Source: Phoronis australis (lineage: Eukaryota > Animalia > Phoronida). Taken from it: a DNA stretch of 64,000 bases. Below are positions 1 to 14,800 of this stretch, piece by piece. The stretch's first letter is position 1, and each line of letters opens with the position of its first letter. The stretch lies in NCBI GenBank assembly GCA_002633005.1, contig NMRA01000909.1, positions 1 to 64,000 of the forward strand, given 5' to 3'. The position numbers were made by a program, and so were the translations under genes. The notes under the pieces were generated by a model. That model saw only the letters and a program-made list of their open reading frames with translations, made no database searches and had not been told where the DNA came from.

Positions 1-1545
1 TACCACAACTTACACTCATGTAGTCAGAAGGTCACATCACTGTTTGGAAGGGCAACATTATTTAGAGGGATTGTTGCGTGTTGCTCAATGCTCAGGACTC
101 AGGAGTTTTGGGAAGCAGTTGAACGAATTAGAAACCAACGATGAAAACATTCATGAAAAGAAACCAAACCCCATAAAACGCTTTAATGAGTGGTTCGAAA
201 AAGAGGAGGTAAAAGTACATATACACTGTCAAACAAGAGCTGCATGATAGTAAGAAAAGGTTCAACAAGTGAAATACAGTTTACTCACTGGTAAATATTA
301 AACTAAGCAATCAGGGTGTAGACTGGACTGGATAATTTTGTAAACAAAAGTCAAGAGTGAACAATAGGGCCAGGTGTGCAGGACTAAGGGTTAAGCTAGT
401 AGTGGTATGCAGAATACAATGGCTTATCAATATATTATGTCATCAAATTCAGTCAAGAGAGAGTGCACTATAGCAAGGGGGTTGGGGGGATCTACAGAAA
501 ACAATGAAATGAAACATAACCAAATGTAAAGAAATGAGAACAAGGTAACAAAGACACGGCTGAAGATTGCTGTCTCCACCTCTTATTAATAAAACTTAAA
601 TGGTAATTTAAAACAATGGCTTGACATTATTTCATTTGCGAACACCATTCCAAAAATTCTGGATCTGCCACTGGCATTGAAAATCCCGGAATACCAATTC
701 AATCCGACAACATCGGACTTGTTACAGTAAATCTACNNNNNNNNNNNNNNNNNNNNNNNNNNNNNNNNNNNNNNNNNNNNNNNNNNNNNNNNNNNNNNNN
801 NNNNNNNNNNNNNNNNNNNNNNNNNNNNNNNNNNNNNNNNNNNNNNNNNNNNNNNNNNNNNNNNNNNNNNNNNNNNNNNNNNNNNNNNNNNNNNNNNNNN
901 NNNNNNNNNNNNNNNNNNNNNNNNNNNNNNNNNNNNNNNNNNNNNNNNNNNNNNNNNNNNNNNNNNNNNNNNNNNNNNNNNNNNNNNNNNNNNNNNNNNN
1001 NNNNNNNNNNNNNNNNNNNNNNNNNNNNNNNNNNNNNNNNNNNNNNNNNNNNNNNNNNNNNNNNNNNNNNNNNNNNNNNNNNNNNNNNNNNNNNNNNNNN
1101 NNNNNNNNNNNNNNNNNNNNNNNNNNNNNNNNNNNNNNNNNNNNNNNNNNNNNNNNNNNNNNNNNNNNNNNNNNNNNNNNNNNNNNNNNNNNNNNNNNNN
1201 NNNNNNNNNNNNNNNNNNNNNNNNNNNNNNNNNNNNNNNNNNNNNNNNNNNNNNNNNNNNNNNNNNNNNNNNNNNNNNNNNNNNNNNNNNNNNNNNNNNN
1301 NNNNNNNNNNNNNNNNNNNNNNNNNNNNNNNNNNNNNNNNNNNNNNNNNNNNNNNNNNNNNNNNNNNNNNNNNNNNNNNNNNNNNNNNNNNNNNNNNNNN
1401 NNNNNNNNNNNNNNNNNNNNNNNNNNNNNNNNNNNNNNNNNNNNNNNNNNNNNNNNNNNNNNNNNNNNNNNNNNNNNNNNNNNNNNNNNNNNNNNNNNNN
1501 NNNNNNNNNNNNNNNNNNNNNNNNNNNNNNNNNNNNNNNNNNNNN

Positions 1546-2325
1546 AAAACTCTGCTTGCGACATCTTTTAGATTTTTCTTCTTTTTCATGAAGTCAGACC
1601 GAGCATTGTAGGATACAAATTTCACAATTATGGGGCGCTTATTGGTAGAGGGTGAATCTTTTCTACCAAGTCGGTGGCTGCGACTAATGTCCGACTTTTG
1701 GGTTGAGGCTCCCATTTTTTGCGCAAGCGAGATCACAATATCGTCGGTGTTTTCTCCGTCAGTTTCTGTTACCCCATTGACAATCAAGCAGGTTCGCCGG
1801 CTGTACTGTTGAAGTTCGTCCATTTCATTCTCATGTTTTTGTGCTCGTCGCTCAAACACTTCTTTGAATTCCGAAAGTTGGTTTTCCAGGGAGTTTATTT
1901 TTTTGTCCTTTTCTTCCAGCTTTTTGCCGTATTCCAACTCCAAGGCCTTGTAAATCTCATCCCTCATATCCTCTATTAAAGGTTTCAGTAGACCTCTGAA
2001 CATAGATTGGATTTCACCGTCCATCAAGGCTTCCTTGAGGTCATCTTTCAGTGAAAGCTTTGACGCTTTGTCGTTGACCTGCTTTTCCTTGGTCAAAATG
2101 GCTTCCATGGTAGGCTGCTTCAGTGATTTTAAACAAGATGACTTTCGAAGTTCCTCAGTGTCCTTACTAGGCACACGTTTCCTACCTTGTTTTGTCTTCT
2201 CCTTAGTTTTACCACTCATGTGTAGCTGATCTGAAGACGTTTATCCCGTCAGTTTAGATATTTCTGCATAATTATTGGGGAGACTTCGGGAGTGTCAGAA
2301 ATTCGACCTTCCCGCCATCATGACG
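1546..2325 (-). mobile_element. 5' end of a non-LTR retrotransposon: 5' UTR plus ORF1 (coiled coil + RRM-like; L1/CR1/L2-type ORF1), running into an N gap
   Basis: ORF from 2219 has a coiled-coil stretch followed by ELQQYSRRTCLIVNGVTE...DISRSHRLG...RPIIVKFVS, typical of LINE ORF1. A YY1-like ATGATGGCGG lies at the presumed 5' end near 2320. Confidence 0.85.
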
Positions 2326-2439
2326 TCATGCATTCCCACTTTACCAAATCTTGAAACGAGGGAACGACCGCTCCATAAAACCGGAAGTTTTCTATCCTGC
2401 GTGTGCAGCGCCCTCTCATCGTTAGTGCTTATGTCCCGT

Positions 2440-2495
2440 GGCCCGCGACATGCCCAACGCGCTCTAACGGGAGTTGGCAGTCCCTATCTATAGTC
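2440..2495. repeat. Terminus of a dispersed DNA-transposon-like repeat; inverted copy at ~47963-48000
   Basis: CAACGCGCTCTAACGGGAGTTGGCAGTCCCTATCTATAG here is the reverse complement of the sequence at ~47963-48000. Confidence 0.6.
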
Positions 2496-3161
2496 TATGG
2501 TGGCACGAACTCCCTTTGACATCAGTAAATAAAAAAAAAATAAAATAAATAAAAAATGCACCCCCAAGATGAATCCTACGATAAACGTTTATTTTTTACC
2601 TGGCCTAAAGCTTTTGTGACGGTCTTGTCTGTACTTGATTTTCTGTATTTGTCTGCCAAATCATAGACTTTTCTTCCAAATGCTCTAGTGCTAATAAATT
2701 ACAATGATGTATCAATAATAAACTGTTTATGAAATGCAGTGGTACATAACTTGGAAGCGACACTTGTAGAAACTTATCTTCATTATAGACATTGATATGA
2801 TTTATAAGCTATTTGATGTTATATTGTGAATAAAGTATTATGTAAGTTAAATAATACACTATTATACAACTTATGGGTTATTTAACCTAAACACTGCTGA
2901 TGATTATTTATTCAGTCACATAGTTCACGGCAAGATGTTTGCGCATGGGGGGGGGTGATGTTACCTCTTTCTCTGCCTGAGACTGAGCTAGCATTATCCG
3001 GAACATCTTGGGAATTTTTGTAGCTTCAAATTATCCCCAGGGGATGTTTCATATCTCCATATGTGCGAACTTCAGCTTATAGATTGCTTAGAGAGGGTTT
3101 AATTCATGGATTTAGCCCAACAGGTCTCATAAGTTGTAAGCGGCATCATTTTTATCCTTAC

Positions 3162-3238
3162 GCCTGCCTTCTGTAATACTGCCTGCCTTCTGTAATACTG
3201 CCTGCCTTCTGTAATACTGCATGCCTTCTGTAATACTG
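3162..3238. repeat. Minisatellite, ~4 copies of a ~19-bp unit (CTGCCTTCTGTAATACTGC)
   Basis: Directly visible tandem repeat. Confidence 0.9.
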
Positions 3239-5139
3239 TTAACTCTTGTGTAAGCCTATTATCACAGGTTTTCCAGCACATTCGATGTCATAGTCCATTT
3301 TGAGAGTCACATGACTTGCTGATACATCTCTAAAGCATAATTTGAGGCTACGAAAATACCCGAGGTGTGCCAGTAGACTACTTGTGCAGGTGAGACTGCA
3401 CGTGTACATGTATGTGGATGACAATGTCAGAATGCACAATACTGTTGTATATAGTTGAAGTTTTATTTTGGGGATGCACACGTCAATCGCTTACCAAGGC
3501 CGGAGGGTAGGGACTGCCGTGTTGACACTCCACTCGCTAAATTGCCACTGTAGTGTATTTCTTGCTAGTTTCAATATAAGAAACACCGTTGATGATGCAA
3601 TGAGAATGAAATCCCGTTATGCGTGCTCAATAAACAGTGCATGGATTATGCATTTATGCCTCGCGCATTACGGATAAATGGAAATAGTACTTATTTCTTA
3701 CTCAGTTAAGACATTGAAATACATTACACATCAGGCATTACATACTAATGGAAATAAGCCTATTGTGTTCAAAATGCGAAAGTAAGTAATAACTGATAAC
3801 TGAATTTCTAAACAAGGAAATTGGCGATGTCATTGATTTCACAAAGCTGCTTGGCAACTAGCATGGAGGGAATAAAGTTATTCCCCATGACCGATTTGAT
3901 GAGAATTTTACTATCAAATTCCTTCGCTCAGAAGCGACCTCATGGTGTGACGATGGATGAACCAAGTCACCACTCACAATGCACAGGCGCTCGGATTTCC
4001 AAATCCCTCATTACCATATATAAGAAACATAAAGGTTGGACACTTAAACTTTGCCAAGCCGAGGCTCCCAACTTCAACCGTCCAAAATCCAAATAAAATC
4101 TGCGTGCACCTCCCTCAGTCTGGTGTTGCATAAACCTTCGAAAACTTATCTTTTCTAGATCCCATTAACTGTCTTTGTGAGTGGTGAACTGGCGATGGAA
4201 TTTCCAAAACAATCTCTGAAACTCTAAATTCAAGGACCTGAAATAGTAAACATGGCGGATTTCAGTTGTGCTTCAACTTGTGCGCCTGTTGTAGGTGGTA
4301 GGTGAAACTTCGAGTTTGAGCAAGCAACATGTATTTCAAATTAAATAACTCTAATCCAAAACTTAACTAATTGAGAATGTTAAAGTTAGTATTTTAATGA
4401 TTATTTGTAACTTTATTCCGCTGACGGCTCATTTTAGCCCTTAACTTAGAATTTTATTGCATAAACTGGCGTATCTTGTTTCTCATCTTGACATCATGCA
4501 CTTTTTTGATTGAAGCACAATACACACTCGGCCAGGAAACGCAGTCCGTGCAAGTATTACAATGCGCGTGGCCGACGAGTTAACTCAATGGTTTTGGCCA
4601 AAAGTAAAACCTTCATAAGAAATCACAGTAACAGAAAATTCGCATATCAATACAGTATCTGGATAATTTATATTTGACACAAATGTCTGAGTAGTTACAT
4701 TTATTTGGCAATGATATTTTTAAAGTGCTTTCTGCTTCTCATGACCAAGTAGTCGAGGGATTGACGGCGCGAAAATAGACTTTCGGATTTAGCTCGGGAG
4801 CGTCCGTTAAAAACCCGGATGTGTGAAGACCGTCTGCCATGACATCACGGAATGACTTCCTTGAATTTGTGATTTTGGCATTCTTTTGGCATTTTTGTCG
4901 CCAAATCACCACTCGAAGGCAATTTGAAGAGATCAAATGAAAGAAGATATTCTAATAGTTGTTCGATGCTAGTTTCGTGGAGTTCCATGCACATTTGAGT
5001 AGAAAATTTTTAGGAAACAGATTTCGAATGTCCAACCTTTATGTTTTCTTACATGTAGTAGTGAGTGACGTCATTTGCGATCGAGGATACAGATAAACCC
5101 AAGCGCCTGTGTCACAATGTAAGTGTTTGGCTGTACTTC

Positions 5140-7330
5140 AGGAGCAAGTTTTCCGATATCAAGAGTTGATTAAACACACAACACTTTTCGTTGTTGGCAG
5201 TCTATTCTGTTTCGTTCATATGTTCAGAACAAAACTACACTTAATCGAACAGTGATGAAGTAACTGACCAAGAGACATGATTAAAAAGTAATTTTCAGAG
5301 AAACAAAGGAAAAGAGAATAAAATGAAATTGTCACTAGTGGGCACAGTGTCCGTTGGATCTGCCTGAAATTCGTCGTCTGTTGTTATCTTCATATGAATA
5401 GTACACTTTAAGATCCTGCAGTGGGTTTAGGAAATACAACTATGAGCGCAAAACAAAACTACTACTAGGATGCGCAACAGTTGTCAGTCACCATCATCAA
5501 AGGTCGTCTTCACACTAAGAACATATATGCCAATTTTCAAATGATTTAGTTGATACAGGGGTGGACGCCAAAAACAAGATTTGAAAACAGCAAAAATGGC
5601 CACTAGGTGATACAAAATACCTCGATTCCATCCAAAAACAGGAATATAACGTCATCACACCAAAAGATGCCTACATTAATGAGGAAACAAAACTGCCACT
5701 AGGAGGTACCACAGTCATCGAAATCGTCGGAAAATCATCATCAACCGTCCTCTTTATAGTAAGCACATACATGCCAACTTTCACAATCATCCTTTGAGCG
5801 ATTTGTTTGATTGAGGGGTGGACGCAAAAAACAGATTCGAAAACAATAAAAATGGCCACTAGGTGGCGCAAACTACGTGGAATCCATCCAAAAACAGAAG
5901 AATAGCGTCATCTCACTAATAGGTATCTAAATTTCATGAAAATCCGTTGACTTTTGAAGATACAGAGGTAAACGTAAAAAAATAAAATTGCTACGAGGGA
6001 GCACACCGGTTGTCGGATCCGTCAAAAAGTCGTCGTCGTCCGTTGTTAACATCATATAAATATACTTACCAAATTTCGTAAATATCCTGCGAACGGTTTA
6101 GGAGATACAGCCATAGGCGCAAAAAATACTGCCACTAGGAGGCGAGACAGTAGTTGCAGGAAATCGTTGGAAAATCATCGTCAACCGTCCTCTTCATAGT
6201 TAGCACATACATGCCAATTTTCACAATCATCCTTAAAGCGGCTTGGCTGATAGAGAGGTGGACGCAAAAACAGTAAAATGGCCACTAGGTGGCGCAAACT
6301 ACGTCAAATCCTTCCGAAAACTGAAGGATAGCGTCATCTCACTAATAGGTGCCTGCAAACCAAATTTCAGGACTTTTGAAGATACAAAGGTAAGCGTAAA
6401 ATTGCCACTAGGGGGCACACCGGTAGTTGGATCCGTCCGAACGTTCGCTCATGCCCTCCCATTTATGAATGGAACATATGTGCCAAATTTCATGAGCGTA
6501 TGTCAAAGGGTTTTGGAGATAGAGCAGCGGACGCCGGACGCCGGACGGACGCCGCCCGGACGGACGGACGGACGGAGATAACGGCATAATGCGTCCACAT
6601 ATAAATATGTGGGCGCATAATAAAATGACGCAGTAATGCCACCACATAACATAAGCTGGAGACATACACAGTGGGCGGCAGGTGTAAAATACTGCAACTT
6701 GGTCGTGACAAAAAACATTTCTAAAGCCTGCACCGTTGCCCAGTGTAGTTTTGTTTATGAGTGTGTATGCCCTATGAACAAGTGTCTTTGTTCAAATGTC
6801 AATGTTACATTGGTCAAACGGTTTGCAGTCTTTCCAGTCGGTTATTTATGCATTTTCTGCAATGTCACAAACGTAAAATCACCCGTCAAGAAATCTTTGA
6901 AAACATGTTAATTCGTACGTAGAGCACGATGTGCTGCGATTGAACGTATTGGAGTCCCTTTTAAATGCATTTGAGAAGCCTGTTTTGACAGAGCAGCAAA
7001 CAGGATCGCGTTACACTTGTTTGTGTGACTTTCCTGTAACCCCCTCTTCATTTGTCATTCTTTGCAGTATTCCACTCCTGCCGTGTCCCACTGTGTATGT
7101 CTCCATCTTGTGCTCTGTGGTGGCATTACTGCGTCATTTTATTTCCATCGAGAATTAAACAAGTATGTTTCGAAATATCGTATATTTTTTAATCATGTAT
7201 CTTGGTCAGTTACTTCATCAATGTTCCATTGAGTGTAGTTTTATTCCGAACATATGAATGAAACGGAACAAAGACTTTCTATAACGAAAAGTGTGGTGTT
7301 TAATCAATTCTGCATATCGGAATGTGTTTG
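5140..7330. mobile_element. Foldback/MITE-like element with long inverted arms, left arm interrupted by a HINE copy
   Basis: ~5150-5288 is the inverted copy of ~7188-7325; ~6620-6700 is the inverted copy of ~7060-7142. Confidence 0.65.
5290..6621 (-). mobile_element. Helentron-associated non-autonomous element (HINE/DINE-1/pearl-like), copy A, one end lost
   Basis: Terminal hairpin ATGCGTCCACATATAAATATGTGGGCGCAT next to a (GGAC)n microsatellite; internal ~425-bp higher-order tandem repeat. Confidence 0.7.
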
Positions 7331-7901
7331 TGTATGTTTATGTTACGATGTATCTGATTGGATAAGTAAATCATTATTAATAACAGTACAGTTTTCACTG
7401 AAGTGCAAAGATTGCATTATTTGTAACTACACGTAGTGTTTTGTTGAATTTGAAAAGTCCTTATTTACGATGACGGACATCGTAAAATAAGTTATCCTTC
7501 TGTTCAATATTTCCTTTCAAATGATTGGCCATATGGTGCTTTCACTGTTCTTAGCTTTATTGAACTGAATGTCGGAATTGCCCATTACATAGTGATACAA
7601 AATCAACAGTAATAGAGAAATTAAGGGCAAAAGGGTATGGAAAATCTTACATCCATAACCTGGGCAGTCAAGACAGTTGTAGGGTTCATGTAGTACATAT
7701 TAACTGAATTGGTGAACACTGACATCACATTCACTGTTTTCCGAGGCTGTGGTCATTACAAGCTCGTTTGCATTCAACATTGGTTACATGATGACGCCCT
7801 CTTAGCATGTGCAAACACTTAATAAATGAGTCCTCGACACTATTGCATTGACATTTTGTTTCAGTGAGCTTCATACCTGATGTAAAGCCAATACTATTCC
7901 A

Positions 7902-8043
7902 AACGATCCCCGCACAAATAAAAAGGTTCATGTTCAATCAATGTTTCGTTTATTCATCAGACATCATCAGGATCATATTTACAAAGGACAGCAAGTGCCT
8001 ACATACAGCTCAGGTAACATCCATTAAGTGAGGTGAGAGATAC
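7902..8043 (-). mobile_element. Solo Penelope pseudo-LTR fragment with hammerhead-like core
   Basis: Close copy of 18030-18170; on the minus strand CTGATGA-tgtctgatgaataaac-GAAAC. Confidence 0.7.
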
Positions 8044-8622
8044 CGTATTCTCTGTATCTAGAGGCACCTAGTGGTTACATTATGAACTATCATATAATTC
8101 TCAATAGATGGCTAAAAATAACCAAGTCATAAGTCTCCCCGTAACTAGGGCAACGATGCTGTGACGTAAAAATGGGTATGTCACAAGCTGAAGTCCGTGA
8201 GAGACGGATGCAACATCGCTACCTCTAGTAAGTTTTATTTCAAATTCTAGTATTAGATTCAAATTTTATCTGTGCCTCTGTCTTAGACTTGATTGAACAT
8301 AATCTGGTCGTATTTTCGAGTCTGCTGTTCTTATGTGTCACTATATGTGATTTAGTTATTGATAAAGGTTACAACCTTGAGTGTATTCTTCAATTAGTTT
8401 TGGTATTAATGTGTTACGCGAACAGAACATGAACCGGAAGCGTGTAAGCATTTGTTTAACTTGTCCATTGAAAATCCACATGAAAACAAAGATAAGTTGC
8501 AAAATAAAATTGAAAGCGTTGAGGCTTTAAGGCTTGTAATTTGGCAAGTTTTTCCCCGTCTTAAATATCATTTAAGGTAAAATGATAGGATTTTTTTTTA
8601 ACACAGTATTGATTGACATGCA

Positions 8623-8846
8623 TTACACTTTCATAAAATGCACTAACCCCAGTACAAAATTAAAGGCGTGATCGTCGGGCGAATCAGCAACATTATCCTC
8701 AATCCTTTGAAACAGAATATCCACAATCTGCTCCCTCTCCAAGAGAGGACGCTTGGTGGATAAACCTGCCATGAAAACCCAATTTATCCAGTACCGAATA
8801 CTACTGACAAACTTTCGTGCTTGTTCTCTCTTGGCTTGGGAGTCAT
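8623..8846 (-). CDS. Methyltransferase terminal coding exon 8 (DDSQAKREQ...LVHFMKV*)
   Basis: Acceptor TTCTTTTCAG; 224 nt ending in TAA at 8623. Confidence 0.88.
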
Positions 8847-11800
8847 CTGAAAAGAAAGAAACAAAACCATTCAATTTATATCGCATGTACACAGTAATTA
8901 AAGATAGCCTCTAGCCACTAAAACACCCTTATGACACCAGAAATGCAAGTATTTTTGAATAAAATATTGTTTATGTTTCTTACATAATACGGAAAGTAAT
9001 TAAGTGCAACGTAAATTACACCACACATAATTCGAAGTTGCTTCAAGTGCCCCAGAGATATTCTCAACCACATGACGTAAAGTGGTACAGATGATGTGTC
9101 AACGAAATTTCCACGAATCCTAACTGCCCAACAGCCGAGTGTCATTTCTTGGACGTGGCTGCTTATTGGTCTCGGGGCTAAAATACTGTCTTGTGTAGTG
9201 TACGTGTGGAGCAGCGTATTAAGCGGCAATGGCACACATTACCGTAGTACAACTTCTCCACCGACCTTGTCATGTACCGTGCATGGAATAGATTTGTTTA
9301 CACAACAAAGAACTGATGACAAATTGACCTATCGCAAGCTCCGCCCCTATGCGAAAAGTCACATGATACCCGACATTTGAACAAGATGACAGAGGCAAAT
9401 ACACTGTCGCTAAACGACGTTCCTGGTGGAATCGATGAGTGTTTTTGTACTATTTGAAAACGCGTCGACAGATACAAGAGGCGATGCCTTTCAACAGTGA
9501 ATAGTACGTTCATGATATGGGAATTTGTAAAGGTGACGATGAAAAAATAAGTGCTCGAGGAGCCAGCGAAAATCCGAAGAACCCCTCGGCCTCGAGGCCA
9601 CCTTCACCTGACAAATGACAAGGCCACTGATACGATATGTTCATGTAAAGCTGGGTATGTACCTTAAAGTCGAATTATCTGTACGATTCCATAGCTTTCA
9701 TGATCTTTCGAATAAAATCAGTGAAGATTCACCGATATTTTTATTCTGTCGTCTGCTAAATTTCGCCAAATGAAAAGTAGGTCACAACTGGTGGGACTCC
9801 TGGAGTAAAGTAGGTCATAGATTACAGACAACACATGCACTATAGNNNNNNNNNNNNNNNNNNNNNNNNNNNNNNNNNNNNNNNNNNNNNNNNNNNNNNN
9901 NNNNNNNNNNNNNNNNNNNNNNNNNNNNNNNNTAGAGTGCTGAGATCCAGCAGGTGCCGAGACAAAGGCGGCCAGACGTAGTCAACTCGGGAGTCAAAAT
10001 CTGAGATAGCACTGCACCATAGCCACCAAGCTGAAAAATGCGTATCTTGGAAGTAATATATTTGTGTTTATAATAGCCTTCGAGTTATCAAGCAACATCG
10101 CTAAGTTCAGCTGCTCGTGTGGCCGTACAGTTTGATCCATAGTTTACGCCGGCTTTTCAACATCATTTTTCGGCTTAGGACATGTCAAAAAATGACGGGA
10201 TATTATTCTGGAGCAGCATAACGGCTGTCGGTGCTACACACGCCGTATCAACACCGTTTCCCCATTCTTAGCGGACAATTTCTTGAGCTATAGACTAAAG
10301 TAAGTTTTACTCGACTGCGTGTGGCTTGTCGGGTAAAATGGCGGCTTGGAAACGCAGACGAAGGTGTGCCAAGAATGCTGCTTTCTGATTGGTCAATTAA
10401 GCCGTCCGTCATAATCCTGGCGATAGGTCAATTCTAAGAGCAGCAAGATCTGTTCTGGCCTTGGTGCAAAGAAGCCAGCCAGCTAGCTGTATGAAGACTA
10501 TCATCAACATACACCTTGGAATCCCTGTGTGTTGAGCTCCGTTAGAACCTGAATTTTCACACAGCCTAGGCAGTTCTGCTCATCACAGTAGAATGCCAAT
10601 CTTTCCAACACCGCTAAATAATTTAGTTTACTGAAGGAAGAGTGTTTGACAATAAATTTGTGTCAGATTTTACTTGGTCAGTTTTTTACCCACAACAACA
10701 CAAAGCTGTATATTAAGTGTTCACCAAGCTGCTACTATTCGATTGGTGTGAGCGCCAACTCAAGTTTTTTTTGGCGCTAAATGGGGTTCTTAATGGGGTT
10801 GCTGCATAGTAATAGGCCAACTTAATTAACGATTGGGGTATGCTATGATACTGTATGCTGATGTTTTTCATTTAAATATGTATTTTAGCTATAAAAATAG
10901 TCATTCTGGCACCATAGGAGTCCTTTATGGTTATGTGGGACCATAAAAGAATGGACAAATTTGGCAAACTTCGGAACATATGTCTCAGAAAGGGCTGATT
11001 GCATTCATATGAAACTTCAGATACAATGCTTTACGCACAATTCTCAAACAGTGCCTGTTAGGAATTGTTTTAACAAGGTTCCACTTTTGCATGAGGAGCT
11101 ATCAACAATAATGCTTTTATGAGTTTCGTGAAAAATCTTTAAAGTTGATAAAACGAAAATAAAAAATATTTTTGAAACTATAACAGCATTTTTATATCTC
11201 ACCGTGAACATATATATGAAATAAAATTTGATCTTGTGATTGATACCGCTGTTTTTCTACCAATGTTCCCTTCTTTTTTGCTAAATTTTACTATAAAGAT
11301 ATGGTCACGTGACTCAATTAATAACAGTTACCTAAAAAGTCAAAAATCAAATTGTGGAGCCTTTCTACTCTCAGAAAAAAATTCACTGAATTAAAATTTG
11401 TACTTTTCTAGATATTTTGTTAAATGCGCAGACTTGTCGATAAGTCCCTACATAATCTTAACACGACCATAGTCTGACTTGTCGATAAGTCCCTACATAA
11501 TCTTAACACGACCATAGTCTGACTTCGTCAAAAAGTGTTCGGTTTCGATACAGTGGTATTTTGTATTGAAAATAATACGTCGTAGCGTCAGCATCCAACT
11601 AAAATCAGCCTTAGTGAATTACTGAGACACGACATACAGGCCGTTTTTTTCATGACAGTCTTTGAAATTAGCTCAGATTGGAAGCATACTTGATATGGCT
11701 CTCAGAACCAATGTTACTAACCTCGTTATTTATCAGTGCCGTGCAGTTACCGACGAATAAAAATATAAAATAGTAAAACTAGTAAAACTAAAATGACGAG

Positions 11801-14800
11801 TGTCGGTACTAAAATATATCAAAATATCCCCATGTATCGAGCGATGCGCAGTTATATCGTTATTTATCGTTAAACAGATATTTTGAAATATACTTAAATA
11901 ACATTGACATAGCTTGCCCGCTAACAGTTGCTACTAGTAACATAGTTCCTTCATGTTCTCCCTCCGTAATACATTGTTGTACATTACGAGCTGCAAGTTG
12001 TGCCAGGGAAACTTCCTGGGATTCAGTTGCCAGAAATATATTTACACAGTGTGATAATCAGAACCAGCTTTAAGGCCTCTTTGATTGTTTTTGCAGTTAT
12101 AAGTCGATACGCAATACCGTCTTACCTTTATTTTCTTCCCTAATCCATCTCTCGTGCTGTGGGCAAAGAACGTATTTAATTTTGCACGATACCAGTCGTA
12201 GCCCATTCTTGTACACAGCAGAGTTTGGGTCTTCAAATGGTGCTCGGAATTCTTCTTCGGTTCGAACATAATGCAAGTTATTGGTGTTCAAAAATTCCTC
12301 CTAAAACGGATCAATGTTTCATGTTGTAAGGCATCTGAACTGACAATTATGTGAAGAAAAGTTTTGTTTCAAAATTCAATTTTGGGGGTGTAGGAATAGG
12401 GTCAAACTAGAGACAGAGAGTGAGAGCTATATCAGAATGTTACAAGGATTTCAACCAAGTAGTTAGGTGTACACCTTACTTGGATGACAATCAACAAAAG
12501 TTGCAAAGCGCACGCCACCTTGTGGTATCCAGAAATGGTTAAACAAGAGCAACGCGAAGCGCTGAAATGCGCCCACGAACGCAACGTTAAAAGGCTTCAA
12601 ATGGCCACTAGATGACACAAAAACATCCAATTCGTTAGAAAATTGAATCAAGCCATAGCTTCTTTAATAGAAAGCTATTTTGCCAAATTTCATACAAATC
12701 TGTCAAGGAATTTCAGAGAAACAAAGGAAAATGAAAAAAAAATGAAATTGTCATTAAGGGGCACAGCGTTTGTTGAGTCCGCCTGAAAGTTGTCGTCGTC
12801 TGTTGTTAGCTTCGTATAAATACACTTACTAACTTTAATAAAGGTCCTGCTGTGGGTTTAGGAGATACAGCCATGGGTGCAAAATAAAACAGAAGTACCA
12901 CTAGGAGGCACCACAGTAGCCAAAATTGTCATCGTCAACCACCCTCTTCACTACAAACACCAATTTTTAAAATCATCCTTGAATAGTTTGGTTGATAGAG
13001 GGGTGGAAGGCAAAAAAACACTCGAAAACAGCAAAATATGATTCCTACATATTCCAAATTTAATGAAAATTCGTTGAGGACTTTTGAAGATAAAGAGGTA
13101 TCGTATTTGCCCTATTAAGCGCCCAGGGTGCTTAGAAAGATTCGCTTCAGGAAGGGGGTGCTATCCCAAAAGTGGTTGAAACCCGGTCTCCGAAACAGGT
13201 GAAATCGTAAGCTAGAATTCATCAAATTTACGCTGTGATGCATCTGTAACCTACGACAAATTTTCTACAAAATTGGAGAGCATTGCTATCAAACTTTGTT
13301 GTTAATTAACAAGCATTTTTTAGAAAATCCCAGTGCGAAAACACGCCGACTCAGATGCGTCGCTGCCTCGTGATTGCCGATAGGTCAACTAGAATTCTTG
13401 AGTAAAAATAAATTACCTGAAGTCCTTAAGTTTTAAAAATAGCGCACGTAAGATTCCTGCAGGGTCGGGATTAACATGTGCGCACCCAGCCTTCACCACC
13501 ATGGGGGGGGGCTCGAATTTCTGACGTTGTGGACCTTTTGGTAACAAAAGGGCGGATGGACTAAAAAAAATTGGAGCACCACTGCGAATTGCGGATTTGC
13601 GCGTTTGTGCTTATTTCGGGACTTTTGTTCCATTTTGTCGTACTTCTTGCCTCTCAGGGGCGGATCTTTTTGCCTATTTCGCCAAATGGAGGGGGGGGGG
13701 TCATTTGACACCCCCCCCCCGGGTGCGCGCAAGACTAACTGCATATAAGTCCAAATCTGCCATAGACCCTATTCACGCCGACAGGAGGCGCGTTCCAAAA
13801 CGAGGCTCGCTACGATAGCTCTGTCAGCTTATCGGCATAGGAGTCTGTGTTTCAGTCCGTGTTGTTCCCCGAACGGCTAGAAAAAATACGGACACGCTTC
13901 ACAATCTCTAAAGACGTTTAGATTCGGAAGCGTTGTGTCGTTGCCATACGCCGACGAAGCAAAATATGTCCGTGTAATATAAATGTTTTCGAAAAGTTAG
14001 ATCATATTTTGTCGCATCCGCGGTCAGTTGTCAAGCATCACAGTAACTACCGGAGAATGGGCCAGCCAGGTTGTATTTTCATGACTACGGATTCAGGGGG
14101 GGGGGCTAAAATTGTATCAGATCCCATTTTTGAGTTCGGGTGCGAATTGCTGACTAGCACGTGCGCAACCGGGGGGTCTTGGGGTGAATAAACAACGCAT
14201 AGGCGCTGAATGAACCCCGTTTACCGTTTTTTTTAGTCAACAGGTCCGCAAACCCAAGAATTCAAGACCCCTGCNNNNNNNNNNNNNNNNNNNNNNNNNN
14301 NNNNNNNNNNNNNNNNNNNNNNNNNNNNNNNNNNNNNNNNNNNNNNNNNNNNNNNNNNNNNNNNNNNNNNNNNNNNNNNNNNNNNNNNNNNNNNNNNNNN
14401 NNNNNNNNNNNNNNNNNNNNNNNNNNNNNNNNNNNNNNNNNNNNNNNNNNNNNNNNNNNNNNNNNNNNNNNNNNNNNNNNNNNNNNNNNNNNNNNNNNNN
14501 NNNNNNNNNNNNNNNNNNNNNNNNNNNNNNNNNNNNNNNNNNNNNNNNNNNNNNNNNNNNNNNNNNNNNNNNNNNNNNNNNNNNNNNNNNNNNNNNNNNN
14601 NNNNNNNNNNNNNNNNNNNNNNNNNNNNNNNNNNNNNNNNNNNNNNNNNNNNNNNNNNNNNNNNNNNNNNNNNNNNNNNNNNNNNNNNNNNNNNNNNNNN
14701 NNNNNNNNNNNNNNNNNNNNNNNNNNNNNNNNNNNNNNNNNNNNNNNNNNNNNNNNNNNNNNNNNNNNNNNNNNNNNNNNNNNNNNNNNNNNNNNNNNNN

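Noticed and set aside
44-247. Possible plus-strand exon ending EKEE|GTAAAA
   Set aside because: No clear acceptor, no recognisable family, and it is at the window edge.
699-1564. Long ORFs running through N gaps (also 9815-10012, 14233-15072, 54787-55881, 60974-61432)
   Set aside because: They are artefacts of translating N; only the sequenced LINE portions are real.
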